Below are positions 47,005 through 59,984 of a DNA stretch of 64,000 nucleotides, in pieces. Under the pieces are notes generated by a model, which had not been told where the DNA came from, searched no databases, and saw nothing but the letters and a program-made list of their open reading frames with translations. Made by a program: the position numbers and the translations under genes. The stretch comes from Longimicrobiales bacterium (GTDB lineage Bacteria; Gemmatimonadota; Gemmatimonadetes; Longimicrobiales; Gaopeijiaceae): the NCBI GenBank assembly GCA_965116905.1, contig OZ220732.1:2208001-2272000 (forward strand), read 5' to 3'. The first letter of the stretch is position 1. The number at the start of each line of letters is the position of its first letter.

Positions 47005-49239
47005 ATGACCGCCAGACGGATTTCACAAAGCCTCTGCCTGGTCGGCGTCGTCGCTGTCCCAGCCATCTTCGCCTTCCCCGCCTTCCTCCCATCCCCGGCT
47101 TCCGCCCAGGTCCCCGGCGAGACCGAAGCCCGCCTCAGGTCGATCTTCGTGGCGAGGGACTTCGACGCCCGCTCCTTCCAGGCGACGTGGCTGCCCGACG
47201 GGTCCGGGTACACGACCCTCGAGGCCGCTCCGGGGGACTCGGCGCGGGAACTGCTCCGCTACGACGCCGCCAGCGGAGACCGGACCGTCCTGGCGTCGCT
47301 CTCCGACCTCACGCCATCCGCCGCTTCCTCGCCCCTCGACATCGCCGGCTACCAGTTCGCTCCGGACGGCAGCTGGGTCCTCCTCCAATCCGACGGCGAC
47401 GGCTTCTGGATGTTCGCACCCGCCACGGCCACGCTGCGGAAGGTCGACGGCGGTGGCGGAAACACCATCTCCCCGGACGGCAGCCGCATCCTCTTCACCC
47501 GCGACGGTGACCTGCACGTCCACGACCTCGCGGCTGAGCAAACCACCCGCCTGACCTGGACCACCGCCGAATCCGTCTCCAACGGCCGCGCCACATGGAG
47601 CCCCGACGGGAACCGCATCGCCTTCGTCGAGTCCGACGCCTCCGGGGTGCGGATGAGGTCGATGCTCATCCCCAACGATCCATCGTATCCCGAACTCCGG
47701 GAGGTCCGGTTCGCGAGGGTGGGCGAGACCATCGCCAGGCTCCGCGTCGGAGTGGTGGACGCGCAGGGCAGGGCAGTTCGCTGGATCTCCATCCCTTCCC
47801 CGAACGAGGGCTTCTATCTCGGGCAGGTGAGCTGGGCCGGGAACTCGGACGAGTTGCTGGTGGAGCAGTTCAGCCGGTTTCGGGACGAACGGGACTTCTA
47901 CGTCGCCAACGTGAACACGGGCGAGGTCGACCGGATTCATCACGAGTCGGATCCGGCGTGGGTCGTCGCCAGCTATCGCCTGAACGCCGGGCTGGAGTGG
48001 ATCCGGGGGGGCGACTCCTTCCTGTTTCTGACCGAAAAGGACGGTTGGCGTCACGCCTACACGTATTCACGCGCGGGGCAGGAGGAACGCCTCCTGACCC
48101 CGGGTCCCGCCGATGTCATGGAACGGGGGCCGGTCGACGCGGCGGAGGGCGACGAGGCGGAGGGCGACGACGACGGCTGGCTCTACTTCTTCGCCTCGCC
48201 CGACAACGCCACGCAGCGGTACCTCTACCGGGTCCGGCTGGACGGTGCCGAAGATCCTGAGCGGGTCACTCCCGAAGACCAGCCCGGGACCCACTTCTAC
48301 GACTTCTCTCCCGACCTTCGGTGGGCCTTTCACACGTATTCCAACTTCGACACGCCCCCGGTGACCGCGCTGATCAGTCTGCCGGACCACCGCGTCGTGC
48401 GGGTTCTGGAGGACAACGCCGAAGTCCGGCGCAGGGCCGAGGCCACGACCACCCACCCCACCGAGTTCCTGCAGCTGGATATCGGTGACGGGATCGTGAT
48501 GGACGCGTGGATGATCAAGCCGCGGGACTTCGATCCTTCCCGCAGGTACCCGGTGTTCATCTACGTCTACGGCGAACCGCATGCCCAGACCGTCCTCGAC
48601 CGGTGGTCGACGCGGAACAACTACCATCGCGCGATCGCGGACCTCGGGTACCTGGTCGTGTCCATTGAGAATCGGGGCACACCCGCGCCGAAGGGTGCCG
48701 AGTGGCGAAGGGCGCCCTTCCCGACCATCGGTGTGCAGTCGACGGAAGAACACGCGGCGGGCGTTCGCGAGCTTGGCCGGATGCTCCCCTACGTCGATGT
48801 GTCCAGGGTGGGGATCTGGGGATGGAGCGGCGGCGGATCGAACACCCTGAATTCGCTGTTCCGGAAACCCGATGTCTACCACGTGGGGATTGCCGTGGTC
48901 CCCAAGCCCCAGCCGCACCTTTACAACGCGTGGTTCCAGGAGATCTACATGGAGACCCTGGAGACGAACCCGGACGGTTACCGCGTCTCCGCGCCCATCA
49001 ACTATGCCGAGGGGCTCGAAGGGGACCTGCTCATCATCCACGGAACCGGGGAGACCAACACGCACCTGGAGATCGTCGAGGGACTGGTGGACCGACTCGT
49101 GGAGCTGGGGAAGACCTTCGACTACACGACCTATCCCAATCGAAACCACGGGCTGTCGGAAGGAGCGGGCACGGTTGTCCACGTTCGTATGCTCATGGTG
49201 CGCTACCTCCTGGATCACCTGCCGCCGGGGCCCGCGTAG
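47005..49239 (+). CDS. S9B dipeptidyl-peptidase IV family peptidase
   Basis: [53 protein letters not shown]. Confidence 0.9.
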   Translation: MTARRISQSLCLVGVVAVPAIFAFPAFLPSPASAQVPGETEARLRSIFVARDFDARSFQATWLPDGSGYTTLEAAPGDSARELLRYDAASGDRTVLASLSDLTPSAASSPLDIAGYQFAPDGSWVLLQSDGDGFWMFAPATATLRKVDGGGGNTISPDGSRILFTRDGDLHVHDLAAEQTTRLTWTTAESVSNGRATWSPDGNRIAFVESDASGVRMRSMLIPNDPSYPELREVRFARVGETIARLRVGVVDAQGRAVRWISIPSPNEGFYLGQVSWAGNSDELLVEQFSRFRDERDFYVANVNTGEVDRIHHESDPAWVVASYRLNAGLEWIRGGDSFLFLTEKDGWRHAYTYSRAGQEERLLTPGPADVMERGPVDAAEGDEAEGDDDGWLYFFASPDNATQRYLYRVRLDGAEDPERVTPEDQPGTHFYDFSPDLRWAFHTYSNFDTPPVTALISLPDHRVVRVLEDNAEVRRRAEATTTHPTEFLQLDIGDGIVMDAWMIKPRDFDPSRRYPVFIYVYGEPHAQTVLDRWSTRNNYHRAIADLGYLVVSIENRGTPAPKGAEWRRAPFPTIGVQSTEEHAAGVRELGRMLPYVDVSRVGIWGWSGGGSNTLNSLFRKPDVYHVGIAVVPKPQPHLYNAWFQEIYMETLETNPDGYRVSAPINYAEGLEGDLLIIHGTGETNTHLEIVEGLVDRLVELGKTFDYTTYPNRNHGLSEGAGTVVHVRMLMVRYLLDHLPPGPA

Positions 49240-49285
49240 GTCGACTTCGGACATCGCAGCCACAATCCACGAAGGAGCCGGACCC

Positions 49286-51618
<2,333 letters not shown>

Positions 51619-51622
<4 letters not shown>

Positions 51623-52410
51623 CTGGACTGGCCCGACTGGCCTCCTCGGTGCTGGCGCTCATCGGCACTCTTCCGGCTCCGGCAGGGCTCACGGCAGTGC
51701 TCACGGCACAGGAGGTGGGTGGCGCGGACCCGGTAATCCTCGAGGGTGAAGTCGTCGACGTAACGACCAACGTCCCCGTGGAAGGCGCGATCGTCAGCTT
51801 GCCAGGTCTCGGTCTGACTGCGGTTACGGACAGTCTGGGCTACTACCGCCTGGACGAGGTGCCGACGGCTTCGCATACCGTCCGGGTTTTCCGCATCGGC
51901 TACGAGACACTCGAAGAGGTCGTGCCAATCAATGACGCGGAGGTGCTGGCCCTCCATCTGACCCCCGGTCCAATCCCTCTCGAGGGGATCGAGGTCGAAG
52001 TTGTCGGACTCGCCGAGGTGGACTGGCGGCCAGTAGGGACGAGCCGGCGAGGGTTCATTGGCCCGGGCGAGATCGAGGAACTCCGCGACACGTACCAAAG
52101 CCTCGACCACATCCTCAGAGTGCGCAGACTGCCGCAGGTGCGGTATACCCCGCCGGTCCAACCAGGGGGAAGGCCGCGCGATCCTACCTCAAACGGTTGT
52201 CTGAGGCTCGTTACCCAGTCGGGCCGAAAGGTATGCGCGATGGTCGTGATGGACGGCATACCCATCGATCCGGTGTCGGCGGGCTGGATGTATCAAACGA
52301 GTTCGCACGACATCTATTCGCTACGCTTCCTCGGTGGAGTGGAAGGGTTTCACCGATATGGTGACCGTGGCTCATCCGGCGTGCTCGAGATCGTTACGCA
52401 TCACCGATAA
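51619..52410 (+). CDS. Carboxypeptidase regulatory-like domain protein with TonB-plug-like C-terminus
   Basis: [28 protein letters not shown]-terminal [16 protein letters not shown]; no beta-barrel. Confidence 0.7.
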
Positions 52411-52442
52411 GTACGGCGGTGGGACGCTCGCCGTCAGCCGGC

Positions 52443-53678
52443 TCAGTCCTCCGGATCCAGCGACACCAGCCGGATCACGCGCACCGTCGCCACTTCCAGT
52501 TCGTCCAGCTCGATGTAGGCCAGCAGGCCGTCGGGGCCGAAGGCGTCCGGTGTCCGCAGGCCGTCCGCGGCGAGCGTGCCGATGTAGCGTCCGTCCGGCG
52601 TGACGATGTCGATCGGCCCGTCGTCGTCGCCTTCCGCGCCGCTTCGGGTCACCCAGATCCGGTCCTCCCAGTCCACCTTTAGATCCGCAACGACCGGTAC
52701 CTCGTCGGCGAAGACAAGCCCTTCGGCCCCTTCGCGTTCAATCTGAAAGCGCTCGCTTCTGACGCTTTCGAGCTGCCTTGTCTCCTCACGGTAGCGCTCG
52801 CGCTCCGCCTCCATGATCGCCTCGTCGACAGGGATCGGTGCTATCGGCCTTTCGATGACTCCGGCTACGCTCCCGTCGATTCCGATCAGCTTGACGCGGT
52901 AGCCGATCGAGTCGGCAAGTGCGATCCGGCCGTCGGTCAGCATGTCGAAGTGGAGTCCCGGCTCGAAGGCGCGTCCGGCCGACAGGCGAATCGTGCCCGG
53001 TTCCGAGCCTTCGTCGGCGTCCTCAGCCGCGGGATCCTCGGGGAGATCCCAGGCGGTGTAGTGGACTGAAGGCTCGCTGCCGTCCAGCGGGATGACGTGA
53101 ATGGGGCGGCCTTCGGGATCGGGGAACTCGCCGGTCGCCATGAAATCCGCTATGCGACGGAATTGCGAGGCGACCAGGCGGCCGTCGGGGAGTGCAAGGT
53201 CGGACAGGATCAACCCCTGCTCCAGGGTGACGCTCCGTAGGAACGTCCCGTCGGGTTCGAGGAGATCGACGCGTGAGGAGCCCAGCACCGTGTAGGAGCC
53301 GTCGCGGGCCACGATCGCCGAGCTGACGTTGCCGAACTCGCCCGGTCCCTCTCCGCGCCCGCCCACCGTGCGCACCAGCGATCCGTCCGGCCCGACCACC
53401 AGGATGTGTTCGCTCTGGGAGTCGAAGACGTGCAGGTTGCCGCCGTTGTCGAAGGCCACGGAGCGAACGTTGCCGAAGGTGTCCCAGTTGTCGCCCACAA
53501 CCGAGCCGACGGTGAAGACCTCTTCGGTGACGGCGTTCAGCATCACATCGGGCCCATCGAGGGTTCCGCGGGCGCCGGCGGGTCCTCCTTGCCCCGCGTC
53601 GCCGCAGGAGGCGAGCAGGAGGACCGGGGCGAGGAGGAGCGGGGCGAGGATAAGCACAGGCTTCGGATTCATCGTCAT
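52443..53678 (-). CDS. 6-bladed beta-propeller-type lipoprotein
   Basis: Lipobox [33 protein letters not shown]. Confidence 0.75.
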   Translation of the reverse strand: MTMNPKPVLILAPLLLAPVLLLASCGDAGQGGPAGARGTLDGPDVMLNAVTEEVFTVGSVVGDNWDTFGNVRSVAFDNGGNLHVFDSQSEHILVVGPDGSLVRTVGGRGEGPGEFGNVSSAIVARDGSYTVLGSSRVDLLEPDGTFLRSVTLEQGLILSDLALPDGRLVASQFRRIADFMATGEFPDPEGRPIHVIPLDGSEPSVHYTAWDLPEDPAAEDADEGSEPGTIRLSAGRAFEPGLHFDMLTDGRIALADSIGYRVKLIGIDGSVAGVIERPIAPIPVDEAIMEAERERYREETRQLESVRSERFQIEREGAEGLVFADEVPVVADLKVDWEDRIWVTRSGAEGDDDGPIDIVTPDGRYIGTLAADGLRTPDAFGPDGLLAYIELDELEVATVRVIRLVSLDPED

Positions 53679-53850
53679 GGTCGGCGCACCTTTCCTTGTC
53701 ACTTCGTTAGACAGCTTGTTCAGTCCTGCCGGTTGCGAGACGCCGACGGATTGCGAGACCTCGGAACTTGCTTGATGGGCGTCTGATTGAGGCGCATGTT
53801 CGGACCCACGTGCGAATGACCCGTTGCTACCCTCGCGAAGGCGCTTGATC

Positions 53851-55491
53851 ATGTCGACTACGACTCGGAAAACCTCGACTCGGAAGACCTCGACTCCCAG
53901 GCCCCATTCCTCCAGCAGCACAGAGAACCTTACGCGCCGGGGATGGCTGGCCGCCACCGGGGCCGGCACGGCTGCCCTCATGCTGAAGCCGGACCACCTG
54001 CGGGCGCACCCGCATTCTGGTCCTTCGGCCGGATCCGGCATGACCCGCGATGCCCACCGGGCCACGGCTCAGGAGGCCACGGCCCAGGAGGCCACGGTCG
54101 TCTTCACCAACACCACCGTGGCGAACCCCGACATGGTGCGGGACGACGTGGCGCTCGCCGTGGAGGGCGACCGGATCGCCGCGATCGGGCCCACCGACGA
54201 GGTCCTCGCCGGGTACCCGAGGGCCGAGGTCTACGACGGACGCGGCAAGGCGCTGTTCCCGGGCCTGATCAACACGCACGCCCACATGCGCGCCGTGATC
54301 GCGCGCGGCTTCAACGAGGACTTCGGGTTTCCCAACACCGCGGGCCTGGCGATCTCGCCTGCAAGTCTCCTCGAGGGCGAAGAGGGCAACCTGATGGTGC
54401 AGGTTGCGGCGCTCGAAGCGATCCGGACCGGGACCACGACCATCGTCGAGTACACCGGCAACGTGCAGCGCCAGGCGGCGGTGCTTGCCGACTCGGGGCT
54501 GCGCTGCGTCCTGGCGGAAGGGATCCGCGACGCCGAGAACGTTCCCGGCCCGATGTCGACGCGGGCGATGGCGAGGGCGGTCAGCGAGACGCCCCGGTTC
54601 TCGGCCAGGCTGCGGGACGAGGGGATGCAGCGCATCAGCGACCTGCACAGCACCTGGCACGGCGCGCGCAACGGCCGCATCTCGGTGTTCCCGGCGGCCG
54701 CGCTCACCGAGACCTCGTCGCCCGAGTTGCTGCGGGCCGTGCGCGAGTTCGCCGAAACGCACGATCTCGGTTACACGATCCACATGAACCAGAGCCGCGC
54801 GGAGTACGAGTTCATGGTCATGCACCACGGCCTTCGTCCGGCGGCGTATCTCGACCGGCACGACTTCCTCGGGCCCCGCCTGTTCGCGGCCCACGCACGC
54901 TACGTCAACACCGAGGAGGTCGCGTTGCTGGGCAGGTCCGGCACCATTATCGCTCACCAGGCGGGGATGGCGGCGAACCGCGGCATCAGCCCGCCGATCC
55001 CGGAGCTGCGGGCGGCCGGCTGTCCCATCGCCCTCGGCACCGACAACAACACCAACGACGTCTTCGAGGTGATGCGCATCGCGATGCTGACCGAGCGAAT
55101 CCGCCGCAACCGGGATGGCGACGAGGTGCCGGGCCTGCAGCCTCAGCCGGAAGACGTGTTGGCGGACTGCACGCAGGGGGGTGCGCTGGCGGTCCAGCAG
55201 CCCGACGCCCTGGGCACGCTGGAGGTGGGGAAGAAGGCGGACCTGCTGGTGGTCGACACCCTGCGGGCCCACCTCGTTCCGGCGGGGCGCATTGTCTCGG
55301 CGCTGGTCCACAGCGGCCACCCCGGCGACATCGAGTCGGTCATGGTGGACGGCCGGTTCGTCATGCGTGACCGCGAGGTCCTCACCATGGACGAGGGCGC
55401 GATCATCCGGGAAGCGGACGCGGTGGGGAAGCGGATCTGGGGTCAGGTGCTGGAGGCGAGTCCGCTGACGGTGCCAAGGTTGCGGCGGTGA
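53851..55491 (+). CDS. Amidohydrolase (ATZ/TRZ deaminase-like) with Tat signal
   Basis: LTRRGWL Tat motif; PGLINTHAH, IHMNQ, AAHA, LGTD, GKKADL. Confidence 0.85.
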   Translation: MSTTTRKTSTRKTSTPRPHSSSSTENLTRRGWLAATGAGTAALMLKPDHLRAHPHSGPSAGSGMTRDAHRATAQEATAQEATVVFTNTTVANPDMVRDDVALAVEGDRIAAIGPTDEVLAGYPRAEVYDGRGKALFPGLINTHAHMRAVIARGFNEDFGFPNTAGLAISPASLLEGEEGNLMVQVAALEAIRTGTTTIVEYTGNVQRQAAVLADSGLRCVLAEGIRDAENVPGPMSTRAMARAVSETPRFSARLRDEGMQRISDLHSTWHGARNGRISVFPAAALTETSSPELLRAVREFAETHDLGYTIHMNQSRAEYEFMVMHHGLRPAAYLDRHDFLGPRLFAAHARYVNTEEVALLGRSGTIIAHQAGMAANRGISPPIPELRAAGCPIALGTDNNTNDVFEVMRIAMLTERIRRNRDGDEVPGLQPQPEDVLADCTQGGALAVQQPDALGTLEVGKKADLLVVDTLRAHLVPAGRIVSALVHSGHPGDIESVMVDGRFVMRDREVLTMDEGAIIREADAVGKRIWGQVLEASPLTVPRLRR

Positions 55492-55510
55492 GGGTGGCCT
55501 CACGGCCGCA

Positions 55511-55538
55511 AGATACTTGACAGAATGGTTTAGTATTT
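55511..55538. other. 28-bp dif-like site 5: AGATACTTGAC-AGAATG-GTTTAGTATTT
   Basis: First of three stacked family members. Confidence 0.72.
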
Positions 55539-55553
55539 GCTGTCAAATCCCGA

Positions 55554-55581
55554 CAATGGTAAACAAAGTTGTTTAGTGTCG
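55554..55581. other. 28-bp dif-like site 6: CAATGGTAAAC-AAAGTT-GTTTAGTGTCG
   Basis: Second of three stacked family members. Confidence 0.68.
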
Positions 55582-55595
55582 GCCGCTGGGGCATC

Positions 55596-55623
55596 AATTG
55601 CTAAACAAGGTTGTTTAGTGTTT
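55596..55623. other. 28-bp dif-like site 7: AATTGCTAAAC-AAGGTT-GTTTAGTGTTT
   Basis: Third of three stacked family members. Confidence 0.68.
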
Positions 55624-55710
55624 CGGTCACTCCTTGCGCTCCCAGGACTACGAAGATTATCGTAGATAACCATTCGAGTTACCTGAAGCCCACTCGGAGG
55701 TGTGACAGCC

Positions 55711-56958
55711 ATGCGAAGGAATCTGCGACCACTCGCCATCGGGGGAATGTGGATCGCCGGAGCGCTTGCTACAGCTCCAGCAGCCACCAGCCTCCGCGCC
55801 CAGGAGATCGTCGATCTGCCCGGGGAAGACCTTCCGCTCTCGACCGACTTCGAGTCGGTGTACCGTCTCGGATCGGCCCAGGCGGCGGCCGAATGGGAGG
55901 AGTTCACTGCCATACGGGGCATTGGTTTCGACGGGGCGGGGAACCTGTACCTGCTGGATGGTGCGGGCTCCGATGGTGGCAGGCGAGTCGTTGTCGTTGA
56001 CGCTTCCGGGCGCCATATCCGGGACTTCGGCCGCGTTGGTGATGGCCCCGGCGAGTTCCAGATGGCAACGCACCTCATGGTGTGGGCGGACGGACGCAGT
56101 TCCGTCAGCGACAGGCTGAGGGGGTATCACGTCTTCAGTCCTGACGGCCAGTTGGAGCACACGGCGCAGGAAAGCGGCGGATTCATGGTTATGACGCGCA
56201 CGGGACTGCGACCGGAACGGACGGGATCCCGGACCGCGCTGGTCCGTGACGAACGCTCGATCCTCCGCGTGGACCTGTCTTCGGCCGAGGTTGGCGGCGG
56301 AGTGCTTGTGCAGGGCTGGGAGCCGCGCGAGCGGACCGAGCTTCCTCCGGTCTTTGACTTGGAGCAAGCGCTCGAAACGGTTGGTGAGGAATGGGGGTTC
56401 GAACCGGAGGTGTTGTTCGATGCGAAACCGGAGGGCGGCGTCGCGTTCTCCGATTCGTCGGCCTACGCCATCAAGCTCACGGATGCGTCCGGCGCGATCT
56501 CGCGCATCCTTCGTCGGCCCATATGGCCCTTGCCCGTGACGGAGCGGATGCAACGCGCGGAGCGTGAACGCCGACTCGAACAGGAGAGCAATCGGCAGCT
56601 TACGGGGCCGGAGGGCGATCCACCCCCGCAGGTCCTGGAGATGATCAACCGCTACCAGGAGGCCCAACGCGCGGGCGTCGAGAACATGCGGTTCCATGCG
56701 GAAGTGCCGGTGGTCACGGCCGTGCGCGTCACCTGGGACGGAAGCCTGTGGGTCGAGCGGAGCATGGAGCCGGGTACGAGTGGACCGGGTCCGATCGACG
56801 TGCTGGCGCCGGACGGCCGCTACGTGGGGACGTTTCCCGCGGGGCAGCTCGAAATGCCGGACGCTTTCGGTCCCGACGGGCTGGCTGCGTTCGTCGAAAC
56901 GGACGAGTTCGATGTGCCGGTGATCACGGTCAGGCGATTGCCGCGCGAGGTCCGGTAG
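55711..56958 (+). CDS. Secreted 6-bladed beta-propeller-type protein
   Basis: GGAGG RBS; signal peptide; [29 protein letters not shown]. Confidence 0.78.
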   Translation: MRRNLRPLAIGGMWIAGALATAPAATSLRAQEIVDLPGEDLPLSTDFESVYRLGSAQAAAEWEEFTAIRGIGFDGAGNLYLLDGAGSDGGRRVVVVDASGRHIRDFGRVGDGPGEFQMATHLMVWADGRSSVSDRLRGYHVFSPDGQLEHTAQESGGFMVMTRTGLRPERTGSRTALVRDERSILRVDLSSAEVGGGVLVQGWEPRERTELPPVFDLEQALETVGEEWGFEPEVLFDAKPEGGVAFSDSSAYAIKLTDASGAISRILRRPIWPLPVTERMQRAERERRLEQESNRQLTGPEGDPPPQVLEMINRYQEAQRAGVENMRFHAEVPVVTAVRVTWDGSLWVERSMEPGTSGPGPIDVLAPDGRYVGTFPAGQLEMPDAFGPDGLAAFVETDEFDVPVITVRRLPREVR

Positions 56959-56964
56959 CCTGAC

Positions 56965-57852
56965 TCACTGATTCCGCGGCCGGCCGGACGCGAGCAGCAC
57001 CCCCGCCAGCCCCAGGCTGATCCAGAACGCGGACGATGCCAGCCACATGTTGGCGGTGGGTAGGAGCGTCCAGTGCTTGGCCCAACCGTTCGGGAGCTCC
57101 ACCCATTGCGAGAAGAGCGCGTCGCCACCGATCTGCCAGGTCATGAAATTGGCGGCCTGGTCAATCCGCCCGATATCCCAGATGTCGCCGGCGCTCACCA
57201 CCAGCATGCTCGCGAGCCACAGCCCGGCGGCCCAGAACACTGGACGCGACGTGGCGAGCATCAGGGTGCTGGCAAGCAGGTAGGCGGCAGTCGCCGAGGT
57301 GAACAGACGTGCCCACTCCCACCACGGAGTGGTCCAGCTCACCCCTTCCACGGCACCGGGCGTGCCCGCAGTGGCTCCCGTCGGGTCGAGGACAAGCAGG
57401 CGAACCTCGTCGACGCCCAGGGAACCGCCGCTCGCCACCGTCGTGAGTGTGGCCCAAGCGAGAGCCGCACCCACGATCGCCATGAGCCAGACCCACCCGG
57501 CAGCAACCTTGAGGAGTGCGTGCCTGCGGTGGTCCACAGGCATTGACCACAACGCAGAGTCACCGAAGCGGAACTCGCCCTTCCACACCACGAGCGGAAG
57601 GAGCAGAGCGGCGACCGCAGGCAGGAAGACCCATGGGGATTCCGCGGGATCGAAGACAAGTTCAGCCATCTCGTCATTGACCAATGCCTGCAGCACCGGC
57701 ACCCTGGCGAAGGCGATCAGCGCCAGCGAGCCAAGCGCCAGCACCAGACCCGCCAACGCAGCCTCGCGGCGAATCGCCAGCCCGACCGCGCGAAGCTGCT
57801 CCATCCACACCGCCCTCATCGCCGGCATGCGGCCGATCGTCGAGTCCGTCAT
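56965..57852 (-). CDS. Multi-TM membrane protein, probable ABC permease
   Basis: Several hydrophobic helices; overlaps the ABC ATPase stop. Confidence 0.7.
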   Translation of the reverse strand: MTDSTIGRMPAMRAVWMEQLRAVGLAIRREAALAGLVLALGSLALIAFARVPVLQALVNDEMAELVFDPAESPWVFLPAVAALLLPLVVWKGEFRFGDSALWSMPVDHRRHALLKVAAGWVWLMAIVGAALAWATLTTVASGGSLGVDEVRLLVLDPTGATAGTPGAVEGVSWTTPWWEWARLFTSATAAYLLASTLMLATSRPVFWAAGLWLASMLVVSAGDIWDIGRIDQAANFMTWQIGGDALFSQWVELPNGWAKHWTLLPTANMWLASSAFWISLGLAGVLLASGRPRNQ

Positions 57853-58796
57853 GATACCTTCCTTCCCGTTTCCGAGAGCAGTGCCACGGCCGCTTCGTCC
57901 ACCGACAGCGGCGCGACCTCCCGCACCTCCGCGCCAGCCTCCGACAGGCCGCGCGTAACAGCCTCGCGATCCCCCCACACCGTCCATTCGATCGCGCGGG
58001 CCGCACCGCTGCGCTTGACGACCCGTCCCCCCAGCTCGCTAGGCCCGCTCCAGCCCTCGGGAACGTCCGCCCAGTAGCGCAGCAGGCTCCCGCGCAGTTC
58101 GTCGCGCGGCAGTTGTCCCAGGAGCCGTCCTTCCGACAGCACGCCCACATGATCCACCAGGGGCTCCACCTCATAGACCCGGTGTGTCGAGATCAGAACG
58201 GTGGTCGGGCAGTCGGCGAGGTGCTCGCTCAGGATGCTCAGGGTCTCGTCGCGCACCACGTGATCCAGTCCGTCGGTCGGTTCGTCCAGCAGGAGCAGCG
58301 GCGGCCTGTGCGCCAGCGCCACGGCGAGCTGCACACGTCGGCTCTGGCCTTTCGACAACGTGTGGCACTTCCGTGCGGGATCGATCTCGTACCTATTCCC
58401 CAGCTCGCGAGCGTACTCCGCGTCCCAGGACGGATGATAGACCGCCTGGTGCTCCAGCCACCGGCCCACCGTCATCCAGGCGTAGCCAGCCCGGTAGTCC
58501 TCCGGCACGTAGCCGATGTCGGCGCGGACTTCGGCACCCCGGTCGGCCGGATCCCGTCCCAGGACGCTGACCGCTCCGGCCTGGTAGCGCACGAGACCCA
58601 TGAGGGTCTGGATCAGCGTACTCTTACCCGCACCGTTGGGTCCCACGAGCACATATACGGCTCCTTCCGGCACCTGCAGATCCAGGCCGTCCAGAGCCCG
58701 CACGGCGCCGAACCGCTTGGCCAGCCTTCGTGTCGTGACCGCGAATGGGCCACTGCCGAGATCGATCGGCAGCGCCGCCGTGGCGTCATTCGTCAT
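57849..58796 (-). CDS. ABC transporter ATP-binding protein
   Basis: GPNGAGKST, LSKGQ, LLLLDEPTDGLD, ISTH. Confidence 0.93.
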   Translation of the reverse strand: MTNDATAALPIDLGSGPFAVTTRRLAKRFGAVRALDGLDLQVPEGAVYVLVGPNGAGKSTLIQTLMGLVRYQAGAVSVLGRDPADRGAEVRADIGYVPEDYRAGYAWMTVGRWLEHQAVYHPSWDAEYARELGNRYEIDPARKCHTLSKGQSRRVQLAVALAHRPPLLLLDEPTDGLDHVVRDETLSILSEHLADCPTTVLISTHRVYEVEPLVDHVGVLSEGRLLGQLPRDELRGSLLRYWADVPEGWSGPSELGGRVVKRSGAARAIEWTVWGDREAVTRGLSEAGAEVREVAPLSVDEAAVALLSETGRKVS

Positions 58797-59197
58797 TGTC
58801 CGCCCCCCTTGCTTCCGTCTCTGTGAGGATCTCCGCCTTCCACCTCCCGCAACGCCGCCATCAGATCGGCCAGCGCGAGCCCATTCCGCGAGGCATCGGC
58901 CAGGGCCCGCCTCGCCACCTCCCTCGCAAGCCGCGGCCGCTCCGTCTCTGCCGGCCGCACCCCCGGCGCCACGAACGTGCCCTTCCCGTGCCGGACCAGA
59001 ACCACGCCGTCGCGCTCGAGCGCCGCGTACGCCTGCGACACGGTCCGGGGATTCACGCGGAGACTCGAGGAGAGCTCGCGCACCGATGGCAGCGGGTCCT
59101 CGGGACGAAGAGTTCCCCGAACGAGACCGCTGCGCACCGCGTCCATGATCTGGACGTACAGCGGCCGGCCGTCGGCGTGGCTGAGTCGGATCTTCAT
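58793..59197 (-). CDS. GntR family (YtrA subfamily) regulator
   Basis: PLYVQI..LPSVRELS..VNPRTVSQAY..GKGTFV; short C-terminus; precedes ABC genes. Confidence 0.92.
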   Translation of the reverse strand: MKIRLSHADGRPLYVQIMDAVRSGLVRGTLRPEDPLPSVRELSSSLRVNPRTVSQAYAALERDGVVLVRHGKGTFVAPGVRPAETERPRLAREVARRALADASRNGLALADLMAALREVEGGDPHRDGSKGGGQ

Positions 59198-59206
59198 AGT
59201 GCCTCA

Positions 59207-59239
59207 ACTGTTGCAGTCATATACTACAGATACAACAGT
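59207..59239. promoter_or_regulatory. Inverted repeat ACTGTTG...CAACAGT, probable YtrA-type operator
   Basis: AT-rich imperfect palindrome directly upstream of the GntR start. Confidence 0.6.
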
Positions 59240-59530
59240 ATGAGGTGGGGGTGGGGGGTGTCAAGGGGAGGTGCTGATTTGCCGTCGCCCGGGGCAAACT
59301 CCCGCAGTTCGGCAGCGTTGAGGCGCTTCTAGTCGATCTGCAGGTGGAGGATTGAGGGGCCGGTCGCTTCAGGCGCAATTCCCCAATGCTGAACACGCGC
59401 CTGACAGGGCATACTCCTCCGACTGGCTGCTGACACAGGGAGTCGGCGCTTGAAACCCCATCCGAAACTACCGAACTTGGGGGCTAGCATGATGCGACAA
59501 AGGAGAGGCAAAACGGAGAGGAACGTCGCC

Positions 59531-59896
59531 ATGTCTGAGCAGCGCGGGCGGTCGGTGATTGGGGTGGTCGCGGAGCCCGAACGGCTTGCGGCCCGGATCG
59601 GTGTGCCGATGAGCGCCATAGAAGCGTTCTGCGACCGTTGGCAGCTGGGAGAACTGTCGCTTTTCGGTTCCGTACTACGCGACGACTTCGGGCCGCACAG
59701 CGACATCGACGTGCTAATCCGTTTCAGGTCGAAACGGACACCTGGCCTGTTCGGCATGGCCGGGATGGAGAGGGAACTGGCCGATCTGTTCGCGCGCAGG
59801 GTCGATCTCGTGAGCCGAACCGCCATTGAGGGGAGCCGCAACTACATACGCCGGAAGGCAATCCTGGAGAGCGCTCAGGTCGTCTATGCCCCGTGA
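59531..59896 (+). CDS. Minimal nucleotidyltransferase (MNT/MntA antitoxin)
   Basis: LFGSVLRDDFGPHSDIDVL (GS..DxD), RRVDLV. Confidence 0.88.
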   Translation: MSEQRGRSVIGVVAEPERLAARIGVPMSAIEAFCDRWQLGELSLFGSVLRDDFGPHSDIDVLIRFRSKRTPGLFGMAGMERELADLFARRVDLVSRTAIEGSRNYIRRKAILESAQVVYAP

Positions 59897-59927
59897 GGAC
59901 TCAGCGTATCTAAACAAAGTCGTTTAG
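59886..59927 (+). pseudogene. Truncated HEPN/DUF86 toxin start (MPREDSAYL...)
   Basis: ATG overlaps the MNT end as in MNT-HEPN operons; DUF86-like N-terminus runs into site 8 and stops. Confidence 0.55.
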
Positions 59928-59932
59928 TATCC
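59905..59932. other. 28-bp dif-like site 8: CGTATCTAAAC-AAAGTC-GTTTAGTATCC
   Basis: Family member; convergent junction. Confidence 0.72.
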
Positions 59933-59956
59933 ACCGCTAGCCCCCCCACCCCCCAT

Positions 59957-59984
59957 CAACACTAAACAAGTTGGTTTAGCGTTC
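59957..59984. other. 28-bp dif-like site 9: CAACACTAAAC-AAGTTG-GTTTAGCGTTC
   Basis: Family member; right arm carries the TAA stop of the S9 peptidase. Confidence 0.72.

Noticed and set aside
53702..53728. Degenerate tenth site (GTTAGAC-AGCTT-GTTCAGT)
   Set aside because: Spacer is 5 bp and the outer arms match poorly; not counted.
53679..54065. N-terminal extension of the 52443..54065 ORF
   Set aside because: Overlaps the divergent amidohydrolase; the lipoprotein signal and RBS support a start at 53678.
55511..55623. Possible mini-CRISPR from three palindromic repeats
   Set aside because: Gaps are only 14-15 bp, the repeats are too divergent, and the same motif occurs singly elsewhere.
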